This document shows positions 1 through 9,410 of a stretch of 23,263 nt of DNA, piece after piece. Within the stretch, counting starts at the first letter, position 1, and every line of letters starts with the position of its first letter. A model generated the notes under the pieces. It was not told the origin of the DNA. It saw only the letters and a program-made list of their open reading frames with translations, and searched no databases. The DNA is from Promethearchaeota archaeon (GTDB lineage Archaea; Asgardarchaeota; Lokiarchaeia; Sigyniarchaeales; SOKP01). The position numbers and the translations under genes were made by a program. The stretch spans positions 1 through 23,263 of the forward strand of contig JBHLME010000069.1 in NCBI GenBank assembly GCA_048938445.1, read 5' to 3'.

Positions 1-2
1 TG

Positions 3-2516
3 AAAAAAGCAAATCTCTTTAGGTTCTAAGACTCTAATCATTTGTAATAATTGTTTTTTATCACCATGAAGTTTTATTTTTAAATTAGGAGCAAATTTAT
101 TTAATAGTAATGCTCTAAAGGTTACAATCCAATCTTCAGTGAAATATATATCTGGTGGACTTGATTCGTCTTTCCTGATAACCTTTGGTTTGAAATCCTT
201 TTCTACTCCATCTTTAATTGGAATTTCAACATTTATTATATCATATTCTTCAGTTGGAGTTTCTGCTAATGGATCTTCAGTAATAATTCCCGCTTCTGAT
301 TTTATTAACGGTTCTTTAGTAAGATCTTCACTAGAAACTTCCATATTATCAGATTCTTCATCTTTTCCATTCAAATTATCATTTATTTCAATTTCCTCTT
401 CAGGTTCGGGAGGATATATCAAAGAAACACCAGGTTCTTCGTGAATAGCCCCTGCTAGATATACTAAATTATGTGGATTTCTACCAACAAAATTAACTAC
501 ATTTCTAATAATACCATATGAAAGGTCAGGAGGATGTGAGATAATGATATTATTTTTTGTTTTTAAGAAATCTAAATCCGAATAATCAAACCATCTGAAC
601 TTAATGGAATTGAATGGATTTGCTTTATCTTTAATTAATTTTGAAATGGGTCCGTAAATATACTCATATCGATGATTAATAACTTGAATATTTTTTCTCA
701 CCATCATGTCAACGTATATATTTGGGCGCTTTTGATAATTTCGCCTTAACTGTTTTTTCCTGAAATGCCGCCAGATTGTTAACATAAATGTAATTGCAAG
801 ACTAGATGGATCTGCACCAATTAGACAATTATCCTCATACTCTGCTTTTTGATCTAAGAATAATAACAGGCTATTAATCTGATCAGCCATTTTTTCAAAT
901 TCCTCATAAGCACTTGTCGAATCAATTAATAAAAAATCAATTGGCCTTGAAATTTGCTCTAGAAATTTTTTTGTTCCTGCAAATGGAGTAAGATCCCAAT
1001 ATGTATAGTCACCTGTGTATAAAAACCGAAAATTTTTTACTTTTGCTAGTATCATTAAAGCCCCCGGCATGTGACCGGCATGATAAAATGAAAGGTAGCA
1101 ATTTTTTATTTTGAATTCAATTTTAGAACCATTCTCAACATAAATTACATTTCTTATAATGCTTATGTACTCTTCCTCGTCAATTTTATCGTGAGTATCT
1201 TGCTTTAGAAAATCAGAGTCTCGAAGGAGATATAAATCCAGAGTTATACGTGAACATAAAATTGGAATATCTGGATATTTTGAAATTAATTCCTTTAATC
1301 CATTTAGATGATCAAAATGACTATGACTGATAAAAATAGCGTCAATTTTAGGTTCAAACTCACTTATTTGCTCTTGAGAAGAATATAAATCATTACCGTC
1401 ATTATCATATTTTCTCTCTTCAGAACTAATTTCTCTATCAAAATCTATGAGATCATCTACTTCTTTTAATTCCTCTTGTTCGTTATTTACCTCTTCTATT
1501 GGATTATTCTTTCGGTTTTTTATTATGGAGAAAAAATCATCAATATTCTGAAAATCTTCTGCTTCTATACCACAATCTAATAATATATTAAAGTCACCCA
1601 TATTTAAGATATGACAGTTATGGTTAGGTTTAAGAGAGACGGGATAAAGAAATACATCAACATCTTGTTGATTTAAATTATCATTGATAAGAGAAATAGA
1701 TTTAAAATGATCTGAAGAAAACTTTTTCTCTATTTTATCTATCGCAATTGATATTTCACTAGGTCCTACTGGAACTCCTGTTATATAAAAATACCATCCA
1801 TATTTAAGGACTAATTGCTTTAAATGTTCATACATCTTATCTCCAATGAGAGATTTTATGACAATTACTCTTTCTTTGAGATAATATATAATCTTTCCAA
1901 TTGCTTTTTTTTCCTTTATAGGAACATCTTCATTAACAAAAAAGAAATCTTTTAATACTTCCTTAATTGGCATCTGAGGAATCTTTTTTTTATTGATCAA
2001 GTTAAGATATTGATGATATTCTCTTGAATTATAAAGCGAACGCATATTCTCCTTTTCTTTCAAGGGTATGATGAGATCTTCAAATTGATATTGTTCAATG
2101 CTAATAGTTTTTTCTTCTTTCCGATGTTTTTCTTTCTTTTTCTTCTTATCCTTCTTCTCTGGTCCTTTATCTGCGGATACGTCTGAATTTGCTACAAAAA
2201 AAAACCAACCATAAGCCTTTATTAATTCATTCCTCTTCCATATTATTTGTTTTCCTGCTTCTGTAATTATTATAATAATCCTATCTTTTTGACAGTAGAT
2301 TATTTTAGAAATTGATTTCTTGGTGTTTTCAGGGATAGTGTCATTATCTTTAAAAAAGTGATTTAAAACTTCTCGAATATCTTTTTGAAAAATATTTTGT
2401 TCTTCCATTAGCTTTAATTTTTGAAGATAAGATTTTATTTTAAAAGATGAGGGCAATTCTTCCTTTTTTTCGATTAAAATAGAAATATCATTGACCTTAA
2501 ATTCCTCATGACTCAT
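3..2516 (-). CDS. MBL-fold beta-CASP ribonuclease (aCPSF/CPSF73-like) with two N-terminal KH-like repeats; 3' end runs off the window (>=838 aa)
   Basis: Absent from the ORF track because it has no stop in the window. Manual translation gives an open frame from ATG 2516 (MSHEEFKVND...) to the edge. Motifs: NILLDCG (~1569-1589), DAIFISHSHFDHLNG (HxHxDH, ~1299-1343), HAGHMPGA (~1059-1082), FLYTGD (~1008-1025), FLLIDST (motif A), KLHGD (motif B, ~60-74) and ICFF[H/Q] (motif C, cut by the edge). Confidence 0.92.
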   Translation of the reverse strand, partial: MSHEEFKVNDISILIEKKEELPSSFKIKSYLQKLKLMEEQNIFQKDIREVLNHFFKDNDTIPENTKKSISKIIYCQKDRIIIIITEAGKQIIWKRNELIKAYGWFFFVANSDVSADKGPEKKDKKKKKEKHRKEEKTISIEQYQFEDLIIPLKEKENMRSLYNSREYHQYLNLINKKKIPQMPIKEVLKDFFFVNEDVPIKEKKAIGKIIYYLKERVIVIKSLIGDKMYEHLKQLVLKYGWYFYITGVPVGPSEISIAIDKIEKKFSSDHFKSISLINDNLNQQDVDVFLYPVSLKPNHNCHILNMGDFNILLDCGIEAEDFQNIDDFFSIIKNRKNNPIEEVNNEQEELKEVDDLIDFDREISSEERKYDNDGNDLYSSQEQISEFEPKIDAIFISHSHFDHLNGLKELISKYPDIPILCSRITLDLYLLRDSDFLKQDTHDKIDEEEYISIIRNVIYVENGSKIEFKIKNCYLSFYHAGHMPGALMILAKVKNFRFLYTGDYTYWDLTPFAGTKKFLEQISRPIDFLLIDSTSAYEEFEKMADQINSLLLFLDQKAEYEDNCLIGADPSSLAITFMLTIWRHFRKKQLRRNYQKRPNIYVDMMVRKNIQVINHRYEYIYGPISKLIKDKANPFNSIKFRWFDYSDLDFLKTKNNIIISHPPDLSYGIIRNVVNFVGRNPHNLVYLAGAIHEEPGVSLIYPPEPEEEIEINDNLNGKDEESDNMEVSSEDLTKEPLIKSEAGIITEDPLAETPTEEYDIINVEIPIKDGVEKDFKPKVIRKDESSPPDIYFTEDWIVTFRALLLNKFAPNLKIKLHGDKKQLLQMIRVLEPKEICFF

Positions 2517-2565
2517 TAATAATGCAAATCTTTTATAAAAAATAATTATTTTGGATTGGGTGTAA

Positions 2566-3997
2566 TTATTTGTTATTTGTCAATTTTTCACCACATTTAA
2601 TACAATAAACCATAATTTCACTTTTTTGATATGTAATTTTACAATTTGTGCAATATAATAAGACTTTTTTACTTTTCAATGCAGCTAAAAGATGATCCAT
2701 TTTAATTTCTAATTTATCTAATGTTTCTTTTGGAATATTCTTTTTTAAATCAACCAGAGTTAAAATTTCTCTAATCGCTAAAGATGATGCTTCTTTAATT
2801 AAACCCTTTAAGTCAGCTCCAGTATATTCATTTGTCTTTTCTGCAATAATATTGAGATCTACATAATCTCCTAATGAAAGATCTTTTGTTATAGACAATA
2901 GATTCTCGTGGTGTTCTTCTTTATTGGGAAGTGTGAATTCAATTTCTCGCTCAAATCGACCTGTCCTTCTAAAAGCAGGATCAATTTCATTAATTCTATC
3001 TGTTTCTCCTATGATAGTTATAGACTCTTTCTCTTCCATCTGATTCATTAAGGAAATAAGTTGACCAACCATCCTCCTCTCAATATCACCCTGTAAAGTG
3101 TTCCTGTTTGCTGCGATTAATTCAAGATTATCTATAAAAATAATAGACGGAGCTCGTTCTACTGCATCTTCAAATTTTTCACGCAAGTTTCCCTCACTCT
3201 CGCCATAAAACTTGCTTATGACTTCCGCGGCATCAATGGTAATAAAACTTTCTTCAGTTTCAAATGTAAGTGCCCAAGCTATTAATGACTTACCTGTTCC
3301 CGAAGGACTAAAAAAAAAAATCCTTTATTAGGTTTGACTCCTATTTTTTTAATAATTTCGGGATGAATAAGAGGAATTTTGATTTGTTCTTTTACTATTT
3401 AAATTTGTTTAGTTAATCCTTTTATTATCAAAAGTGATCTTCTTTTTTTTCCAGTTCTTTTAAATCTTTATAAACTTTCTCTGAAAGGTGTATTTGAGTA
3501 TTTGAAAGTATTCTTACAGCTTTAACTTTTGGAAGATAATCTACTACAATGAGATCTACCCTTTTCCCCATAGCATAAAAACTTAAAATATCTCCTTTGG
3601 TAATTATTCTATTTTCTAATTTTTGGGCTAATTGTTTTGTATTTCTAATGACTACTGTTTCTTCTAAACCTGCAAAAGTGATTTTTGTAGCTTCGCTTGC
3701 TTTAATCTTGCGTATTTCCACGAGATTATCAAGCGATGCTCCTAAATTTCTCCTAAGAGACTGGTCAATTCGTATCGCATTTGATCCCAAGTCCTCAGCT
3801 TTTCCCGGATATAATAAAGCAGCAGTATCCTTTTTTGAAGTGGGGTGAAATATTTTTATAACATCTCCATTTTTTAAATTTAAATCCTTAATCAAGTTAG
3901 GATCAATTCTTATCCTTCCTTTACCAGCATCTTCTTTAAGAGCATCTTTTACTCTTACTTCTCGACCTTCCTCTTTATTATCATTTCTATTTATCAT
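2566..3997 (-). pseudogene. cdc48: Disrupted CDC48/VCP-like AAA+ ATPase (N-domain + one AAA domain + C-terminal Zn ribbon)
   Basis: 3428-3997 encodes a CDC48 N-domain (DAGKGRIRID...GDVIKI...IRIDQSLRRNLG). The linker pieces ITFDN / KGLTKQI*IVKEQIKIPLIHPEIIKKIGVKPNKG / SPSGTGKS...ISKFYGESEGNLR lie in different frames. Lesions: frameshift at the A8 run (3443-3450), frameshift near 3420-3423, in-frame TAA at 3399-3401, frameshift at the T11 run (3310-3320). Walker B reads IIFIDN, the SRH reads IDPAFRRTGRFERE, and the C-terminus is CTNC...CIKC. Confidence 0.85.
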
Positions 3998-4009
3998 TTT
4001 TTTAAATGG

Positions 4010-4041
4010 TCGGATTTTTTATACTTTTATATAAAATCCGA
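4010..4041. promoter_or_regulatory. Inverted repeat overlapping the likely TATA box of the cdc48-like gene
   Basis: tcggatttt (4010-4018) and aaaatccga (4033-4041) are perfect 9-bp arms, extendable inward with one mismatch. They overlap ttttatataaaa about 30-40 bp upstream of the ATG at 3997. Confidence 0.5.
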
Positions 4042-4229
4042 TTGTTTATATAATATTTTATATGTTTTGTTTGATTAAAATTGAATACCATAAAAACTAT
4101 TTTTAAACTTATTAAATAAATTAGATTCTAATTATTCTAATTATTTAAATCTCCATTTTTTAAAAAGATTGTATAATTTGAACAAAATAATCCTTTCCTT
4201 GAATAAGAGATAAAATATTTTAGAGGAGT

Positions 4230-7200
4230 TCATATTAAAGAAGGATATTTTTTCTCTAAAGCTTCTCCATAAAGCTTAGTATTTTTCCATTCCTTGTTCC
4301 TTTCATCCCATATCAAATTATTTAATGGATTGTAATGTTCGAAATCCTCTCCAGGAAATATCTGCTCTAGCATTAAATTGAAATCTATTAAGTCTGTAAG
4401 AATAAGGTAATGTTCAATTCCTAAGGTCTCAAAAATCTCGCTTATGCTCTCTCGAAGATGACTTAACTCTAGAGGCGGTAGACGTAATTTTATCATGAAT
4501 CCATTCTTAATCTCTCTTACCTTGTTTTCAGGATCATCTCGGATATAATAGTCCCCCTTGATGTGAAATATAAAACAATAATTAAAGAAGCTAAAAATTC
4601 TTAGGAGGATATCATTATATTTTGATTCAACCTTGGGTATAACTATAGAGATTCTTTCATTTAAATTAAGATTTTTCAAACGAATGTAAGGAAATAAAAG
4701 TTCTTTATGAGTCAATGAATGAATTTTCTTGGAAAATTGGATGTTCACGAATTTTTTAAGATTTTTTGCTCCGTGAGAATAAATGCTGAAAAGTTGCTCG
4801 AATTCTCTTGATTTTTTACCAAAAATCTCTGTTCCAACAGCTTCCGATAAAGAGAAAATTCTGATATTATAATTTTCTCTTTCCCGTTGAGATCCAAATA
4901 TTACAGAATGAGCATGAAGCTTGAACATTTGTGCTATCTTCGTATCTGCATCCCATCCACTTGATGACAAGTTCTTCTCAAAATGGAGCACGTGGTAGAC
5001 TTTTTCTAATGAAAAAAAACAATATTCACTAGCATTTTTATCTACTTTAATCAAACGGTTAATATATCCCCTATTAGCATTATGAAAAGGAAAAAGATAT
5101 TTTATTAAAAAAGAGGGGGCACGATCTATGGATGCGGTAAATTCTACCTTTTGAAACGTGTTGGAAAGTAGAAGTTTAAAATCAATTTCTCCAAGATCTA
5201 AAGGTTTCACGTATAGGTAATATTGTGAAAATCCAAAAGCACTAAAATTAGGTATGAATGAAATCTTATCAATATATGTGGTGAAAAATGGTTTTTCTTT
5301 TATTAAATCAATTTTTTTTATCCCAGATATGTATTTATTAAGATCTCGATTAAAATCATAAAGATCACTAATATTTTTAAAATCAAAATTAATTTCTTGG
5401 TTTGCTATTCTCTGACTCGTAGATTCAGCAAGTTCATATAAGGTAGCTTGAGGGATGCTAAAAATATTGTTCAAATTTTGAGGTTTTTTTTCAAAAGATT
5501 TATTCTTAGAAAGCAGTCTTTTTACATGCTTAAAAAATTGAGGAAATAAGGTTTTTGAATAACATAATTCATTTTTCATAAAATCATAATGTGTAGAGAG
5601 GTCAAGAGGTTTTAATAATCCAGTTGTGAAGAGTCTCTTAAAATAAATTATATTATCTTTAAAAAGAGTAGAAATAGACAGATATAAGAGTAATTTTTCT
5701 TGTTTAGTAAGTGTTGGTGAGTAGAATTCAAAACAAATAAGGTCATCTTCTCCAATTAGTAAATTAGTTCGAGGAAAATAAGAACGCATTCCCGAAATAG
5801 TGGAACAGATGACATCATCATTTTTTAAGATCAATATATAAAAAGTCTTGCTAACAGAACCGGTTGTTAGGATTGTATTTATCATGCATGGGTAAAGCAT
5901 TATAGGTTCGTTGGTAGTGAATTCTTCTATTTTATCTTCAAAAGAATCAGAAGATAGATTAATAACAGGCGTTTTTTTGAATTTTATTTTAAGTTCTTTG
6001 GTTTTATAATTGATGAATTTATCATATTCATCGTTATTAATGATAAGATTTTTGATTATATTATCTTCAATTAAATTCAATGCAATACATGAATCTAAAA
6101 AGTCTAAATATAGCTTATAGCGTTCCTTTTTCCTTGAAGATCCTTTTAAATGAGAAGATGATGCAAAATTCGCGTGAGAATATTCATTTATTACATGATT
6201 TTTCAATTCTTCATTTTTTAAGAACCTTCTAGAAGAAAATGAGTTGATTAAAAAGTTCTTTCCCATGAATTCCTTGAGCTCAATTATATTTTTGATATTT
6301 TTATGATTTTTAAGAATATTATCTGTTAGTTCCCTATATTTTAAGAGATCATTTAAATAATCTCTAACTGAAAAATAATTTGCTTGAAAACTTTTTTCTA
6401 TTAATCCTATAATTTCTTTTAACAGTAAAGGATCGGCCTTAATCATTCCGATACTTTTTTTAAACATCGAGAAATTTCTTTCATCACTATACTTCTTTTT
6501 GTAAAAATCTTCTTTCAAGAGGCGTAATGTTTCAGATCGTCGTTCAAGTGGCAATCCTGTAGATGAGAAATAACGAGCACGATCCAAAATTAAAAAATCA
6601 AGGAAAGAAAGCTTATCTTTCCTCCCTAATTCCGAGCTAGGTATAGGACTAATAAGCAAGAAATCTTTTTTAAAACTGTCATCTTCTGGTTCAGTGAGTT
6701 GCCCTTTATCAAATTCTTGTCTGAAATAATTCAGGTTCAAACTAGTATCCATATAATTTCGAAAAATTAGAATGAAATCGAGCAAATAATAATTTTTTTT
6801 CATTTGGTCCAAAAAATTTCTTAAATCATTGATAAATACCTCGGGAATTATACAATATCCAAAAATATCTCTAGAAAAATTTGTCATAGAATATCTTGAA
6901 TATCCAAAAAAGGGTATCATCTCCATGATTTTAATGATTTTGGATGTTGGGATTACCGGATTAAAAACAAGTAATAATATACTGCTTCTAAATTTAAAGA
7001 TTTCCCATTTTATAAAGTAATTTGGTGCTATATCTGTAAAATTTGATAACCATTTCAAATTATCAATAAATTTTGCTAAACTCAAATCTGTTCTAATAAT
7101 ATTTTTATTTTTAAAATCTTGAAAATAACGCTTATAATCTTGTAAGGCTCTGTAACTTTTTACTTCGTGAAATATATTAAAGAGATCCTTGATAGTTTTT

Positions 7201-7841
7201 AATACATCCTCGTCTCGTAAGGAAGTCCTCCCTTCATAGACATATGAAGCATACAATTTTTCATAAAATTCTCTATCATCTTCCCTTATCTCCATCACAT
7301 TCCTTCTCAAGTATTCAAAAAAGAAAGCACGAGGATTTGAGTCAGAAGTAATGTCTTTTTTTTTAAAGAACTTTTCAATTCGATCCATATGAGCATCAAG
7401 TAACTTCTTGTCCACTACTTGCTTTTCCACAATTGATTTCCATTTCTCAATGATTTTTAAATGAGATAGATCTTCTTGAACAAATTGATTAATAAAAATA
7501 TTAATGATTTTATATTCTTTCAATTTAAGCGGCACAAATCTGAGATATACCTCTCTCAACAAGAAAATTGGCATAAATTCAGGAAATTCACTTCTTATTT
7601 CTAGAAGAATCACACCCCTATCTAATTTTCTGTTTATTCCTAATGTGTAAAAGTTCTCATTACTACGATCATGATCTTGAGTAGTACTACTCTTATAAAT
7701 CCTAATTTCGCGATCTAATGGGTCTGAATTAATAATGGAACTCACTCTAACGGTATTCTCTTCGAAGCTTTGACGTATTTCATCAATATCACTTTCGAGA
7801 TGTAAATTCTCTAGAGATATGATAATAGGATCAATTGTCAT
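4230..7841 (-). CDS. Large hypothetical protein (1203 aa) with about four tandem Lrp/AsnC-like (wHTH + RAM/ferredoxin-like) units
   Basis: Long clean ORF. Recurring linker-strand motifs resemble the Lrp HTH-RAM junction: IAPNYFIKWEIFKFRSSILLLVF, MLYPCMINTILT..KTFYILIL, ISFIPNFSAFGFSQYYLYV, LLFPYIRLKNLNLNERISIVI. The CDS is secure; the domain call is by eye only. Confidence 0.6.
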   Translation of the reverse strand: MTIDPIIISLENLHLESDIDEIRQSFEENTVRVSSIINSDPLDREIRIYKSSTTQDHDRSNENFYTLGINRKLDRGVILLEIRSEFPEFMPIFLLREVYLRFVPLKLKEYKIINIFINQFVQEDLSHLKIIEKWKSIVEKQVVDKKLLDAHMDRIEKFFKKKDITSDSNPRAFFFEYLRRNVMEIREDDREFYEKLYASYVYEGRTSLRDEDVLKTIKDLFNIFHEVKSYRALQDYKRYFQDFKNKNIIRTDLSLAKFIDNLKWLSNFTDIAPNYFIKWEIFKFRSSILLLVFNPVIPTSKIIKIMEMIPFFGYSRYSMTNFSRDIFGYCIIPEVFINDLRNFLDQMKKNYYLLDFILIFRNYMDTSLNLNYFRQEFDKGQLTEPEDDSFKKDFLLISPIPSSELGRKDKLSFLDFLILDRARYFSSTGLPLERRSETLRLLKEDFYKKKYSDERNFSMFKKSIGMIKADPLLLKEIIGLIEKSFQANYFSVRDYLNDLLKYRELTDNILKNHKNIKNIIELKEFMGKNFLINSFSSRRFLKNEELKNHVINEYSHANFASSSHLKGSSRKKERYKLYLDFLDSCIALNLIEDNIIKNLIINNDEYDKFINYKTKELKIKFKKTPVINLSSDSFEDKIEEFTTNEPIMLYPCMINTILTTGSVSKTFYILILKNDDVICSTISGMRSYFPRTNLLIGEDDLICFEFYSPTLTKQEKLLLYLSISTLFKDNIIYFKRLFTTGLLKPLDLSTHYDFMKNELCYSKTLFPQFFKHVKRLLSKNKSFEKKPQNLNNIFSIPQATLYELAESTSQRIANQEINFDFKNISDLYDFNRDLNKYISGIKKIDLIKEKPFFTTYIDKISFIPNFSAFGFSQYYLYVKPLDLGEIDFKLLLSNTFQKVEFTASIDRAPSFLIKYLFPFHNANRGYINRLIKVDKNASEYCFFSLEKVYHVLHFEKNLSSSGWDADTKIAQMFKLHAHSVIFGSQRERENYNIRIFSLSEAVGTEIFGKKSREFEQLFSIYSHGAKNLKKFVNIQFSKKIHSLTHKELLFPYIRLKNLNLNERISIVIPKVESKYNDILLRIFSFFNYCFIFHIKGDYYIRDDPENKVREIKNGFMIKLRLPPLELSHLRESISEIFETLGIEHYLILTDLIDFNLMLEQIFPGEDFEHYNPLNNLIWDERNKEWKNTKLYGEALEKKYPSLI

Positions 7842-8171
7842 GACTCATATAATTAATTTTTAATTTTTAATGTTCGTTCTCCCTAAGGTTCATATTAAAA
7901 AATTTACTTTTTTTCTTTATATATGTTAATGTAATTTCACATATACATAGCTATTCCTCTAAATTAAAATCTTTTTTTTTATCAATTATATTTCAATCGG
8001 TATAAAACTCTTTTCAATAATGTTAAGTAAAAAATATAACTGAATAGCTGAACTATATGAAAAAATAATGATTCTTTTAACGCATTTTTTATCAATATTT
8101 TAAAGAAATAGTATGATATAGAAAAGGGGAAGAAAATAAAAGAACTAAAAGAAAAATTAAGCTTATAATAA

Positions 8172-9410
8172 CTACTTAATGAAATATAGAGGAATTACGG
8201 AGAGTATTTGAAGAATTCCAGCAATAAGGATAATTATTTCTCCAGTAATCAATCCAAATATAGTGTTAAGTCCCCAGAGAGTAAGTCCTAATGGAGAAAG
8301 TATAACTTTAGCTAGAATAGCAAATGAAGCCATTATTTGGTATGGTAAGACTTTTTTATGAGATATGTCGAACAATAAAGTTGTTAATCCTATTAAATAA
8401 AATCCTGAAATGAATTCTCTGATAGAAATTAGAACGAAAAACATGAATATTCCGAATAGCGGGGCAATAGATGTTAGTAAGCCACTAAAAAACACTGTTA
8501 TTAATAATAATTTCCGTTTATTGAATTTACGAATGAATTTACCTGCTAATAACAAGCTAATCACATCGATAAATATAAAAATTATCTGAAATATAGCATA
8601 AAGGGATTGTGGTTCCAACATTCCAACCGCCCAAGGATCAATCATCCAATCATAGAGAAGCGTTCCATATGTTAAAAAAATAAATGTACTCATTAATATG
8701 ACATTTTTTAGAATTATAGGTTCGTTTTTCGTATTATCTTTTTCTAAGTAGGTCTTATCTACTTCAATTTCCTTTAAGAGGAAGATTGTTGGAAAGATCG
8801 TGATTATTGTAATAATTCCCGTGATGAAAATAACGCGCCATGAAGTTAATGAAGTTACATCATCTAAAAAAAAATAATAAACACTTGAAATTATCGCTCC
8901 AATAACACTTCCAAATTGAAGGTAAAATGCGCTCTTGTTTTTCATTGATTCATTTATCGATTGAGCGAGAATGATCTTATCAATCGACACGTCCATTAAA
9001 GACAAAAATGCCAGATTTAAGCCAAGAAAAATAGTAAAGATCACGAGAAATTCTAAATTTAAAAGGAAAATGATGAAACTCAAGATAGCACCAACTGCAC
9101 CAAGTATTAACAGTGTCTTCTTATTAAAAAGTGAGGTTGAACTTTGTTCTAGTCTTGATTTTTTATCAAAATAAATAGAAAGTAGTGGTTTAGCGAACAA
9201 GAAAGAAAATGATACTAAAAGAACTATTCCTAGCTCCGTGATGTTTACTTCTGAGACATTCGCGTAATATATTGGAAGGAATTGATTGACATAGACAAAG
9301 ATTACTTGAACGATCAAATACACGGAAAAATATACAAAGTAATTCCTTTTTTGAAAATTCATTGATATCATTTCTTTGTTCTTTTTTAGTTTATGATATT
9401 CAAATTTCAT
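8172..9410 (-). CDS. Major facilitator superfamily transporter
   Basis: 412 aa with about 12 hydrophobic segments in two halves. MFS motif-A-like loops SIYFDKK and GKFIRKFNKRKLL; the KPL and DVSID motifs recall AmpG/BT1-type MFS. The true start may be a downstream Met (9371 or 9362). Confidence 0.85.
   Translation of the reverse strand: MKFEYHKLKKNKEMISMNFQKRNYFVYFSVYLIVQVIFVYVNQFLPIYYANVSEVNITELGIVLLVSFSFLFAKPLLSIYFDKKSRLEQSSTSLFNKKTLLILGAVGAILSFIIFLLNLEFLVIFTIFLGLNLAFLSLMDVSIDKIILAQSINESMKNKSAFYLQFGSVIGAIISSVYYFFLDDVTSLTSWRVIFITGIITIITIFPTIFLLKEIEVDKTYLEKDNTKNEPIILKNVILMSTFIFLTYGTLLYDWMIDPWAVGMLEPQSLYAIFQIIFIFIDVISLLLAGKFIRKFNKRKLLLITVFFSGLLTSIAPLFGIFMFFVLISIREFISGFYLIGLTTLLFDISHKKVLPYQIMASFAILAKVILSPLGLTLWGLNTIFGLITGEIIILIAGILQILSVIPLYFIK

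Noticed and set aside
139-444. 101-aa Ser/Ile-rich + strand ORF
   Set aside because: Antisense shadow of the acidic insert in the beta-CASP gene.
2196-2204. A9 run as a frameshift site in the beta-CASP gene
   Set aside because: It reads in frame as FFF, and the frame is open on both sides.
3310-3320. Programmed frameshift or phase variation at the T11 run
   Set aside because: Correcting this run alone cannot restore the gene, because an upstream TAA and two more indels remain.
3597-9174. Short + strand ORFs 3597-3848, 6829-7020 and 8971-9174
   Set aside because: Each lies antisense inside a longer, better-supported gene and has no motifs.
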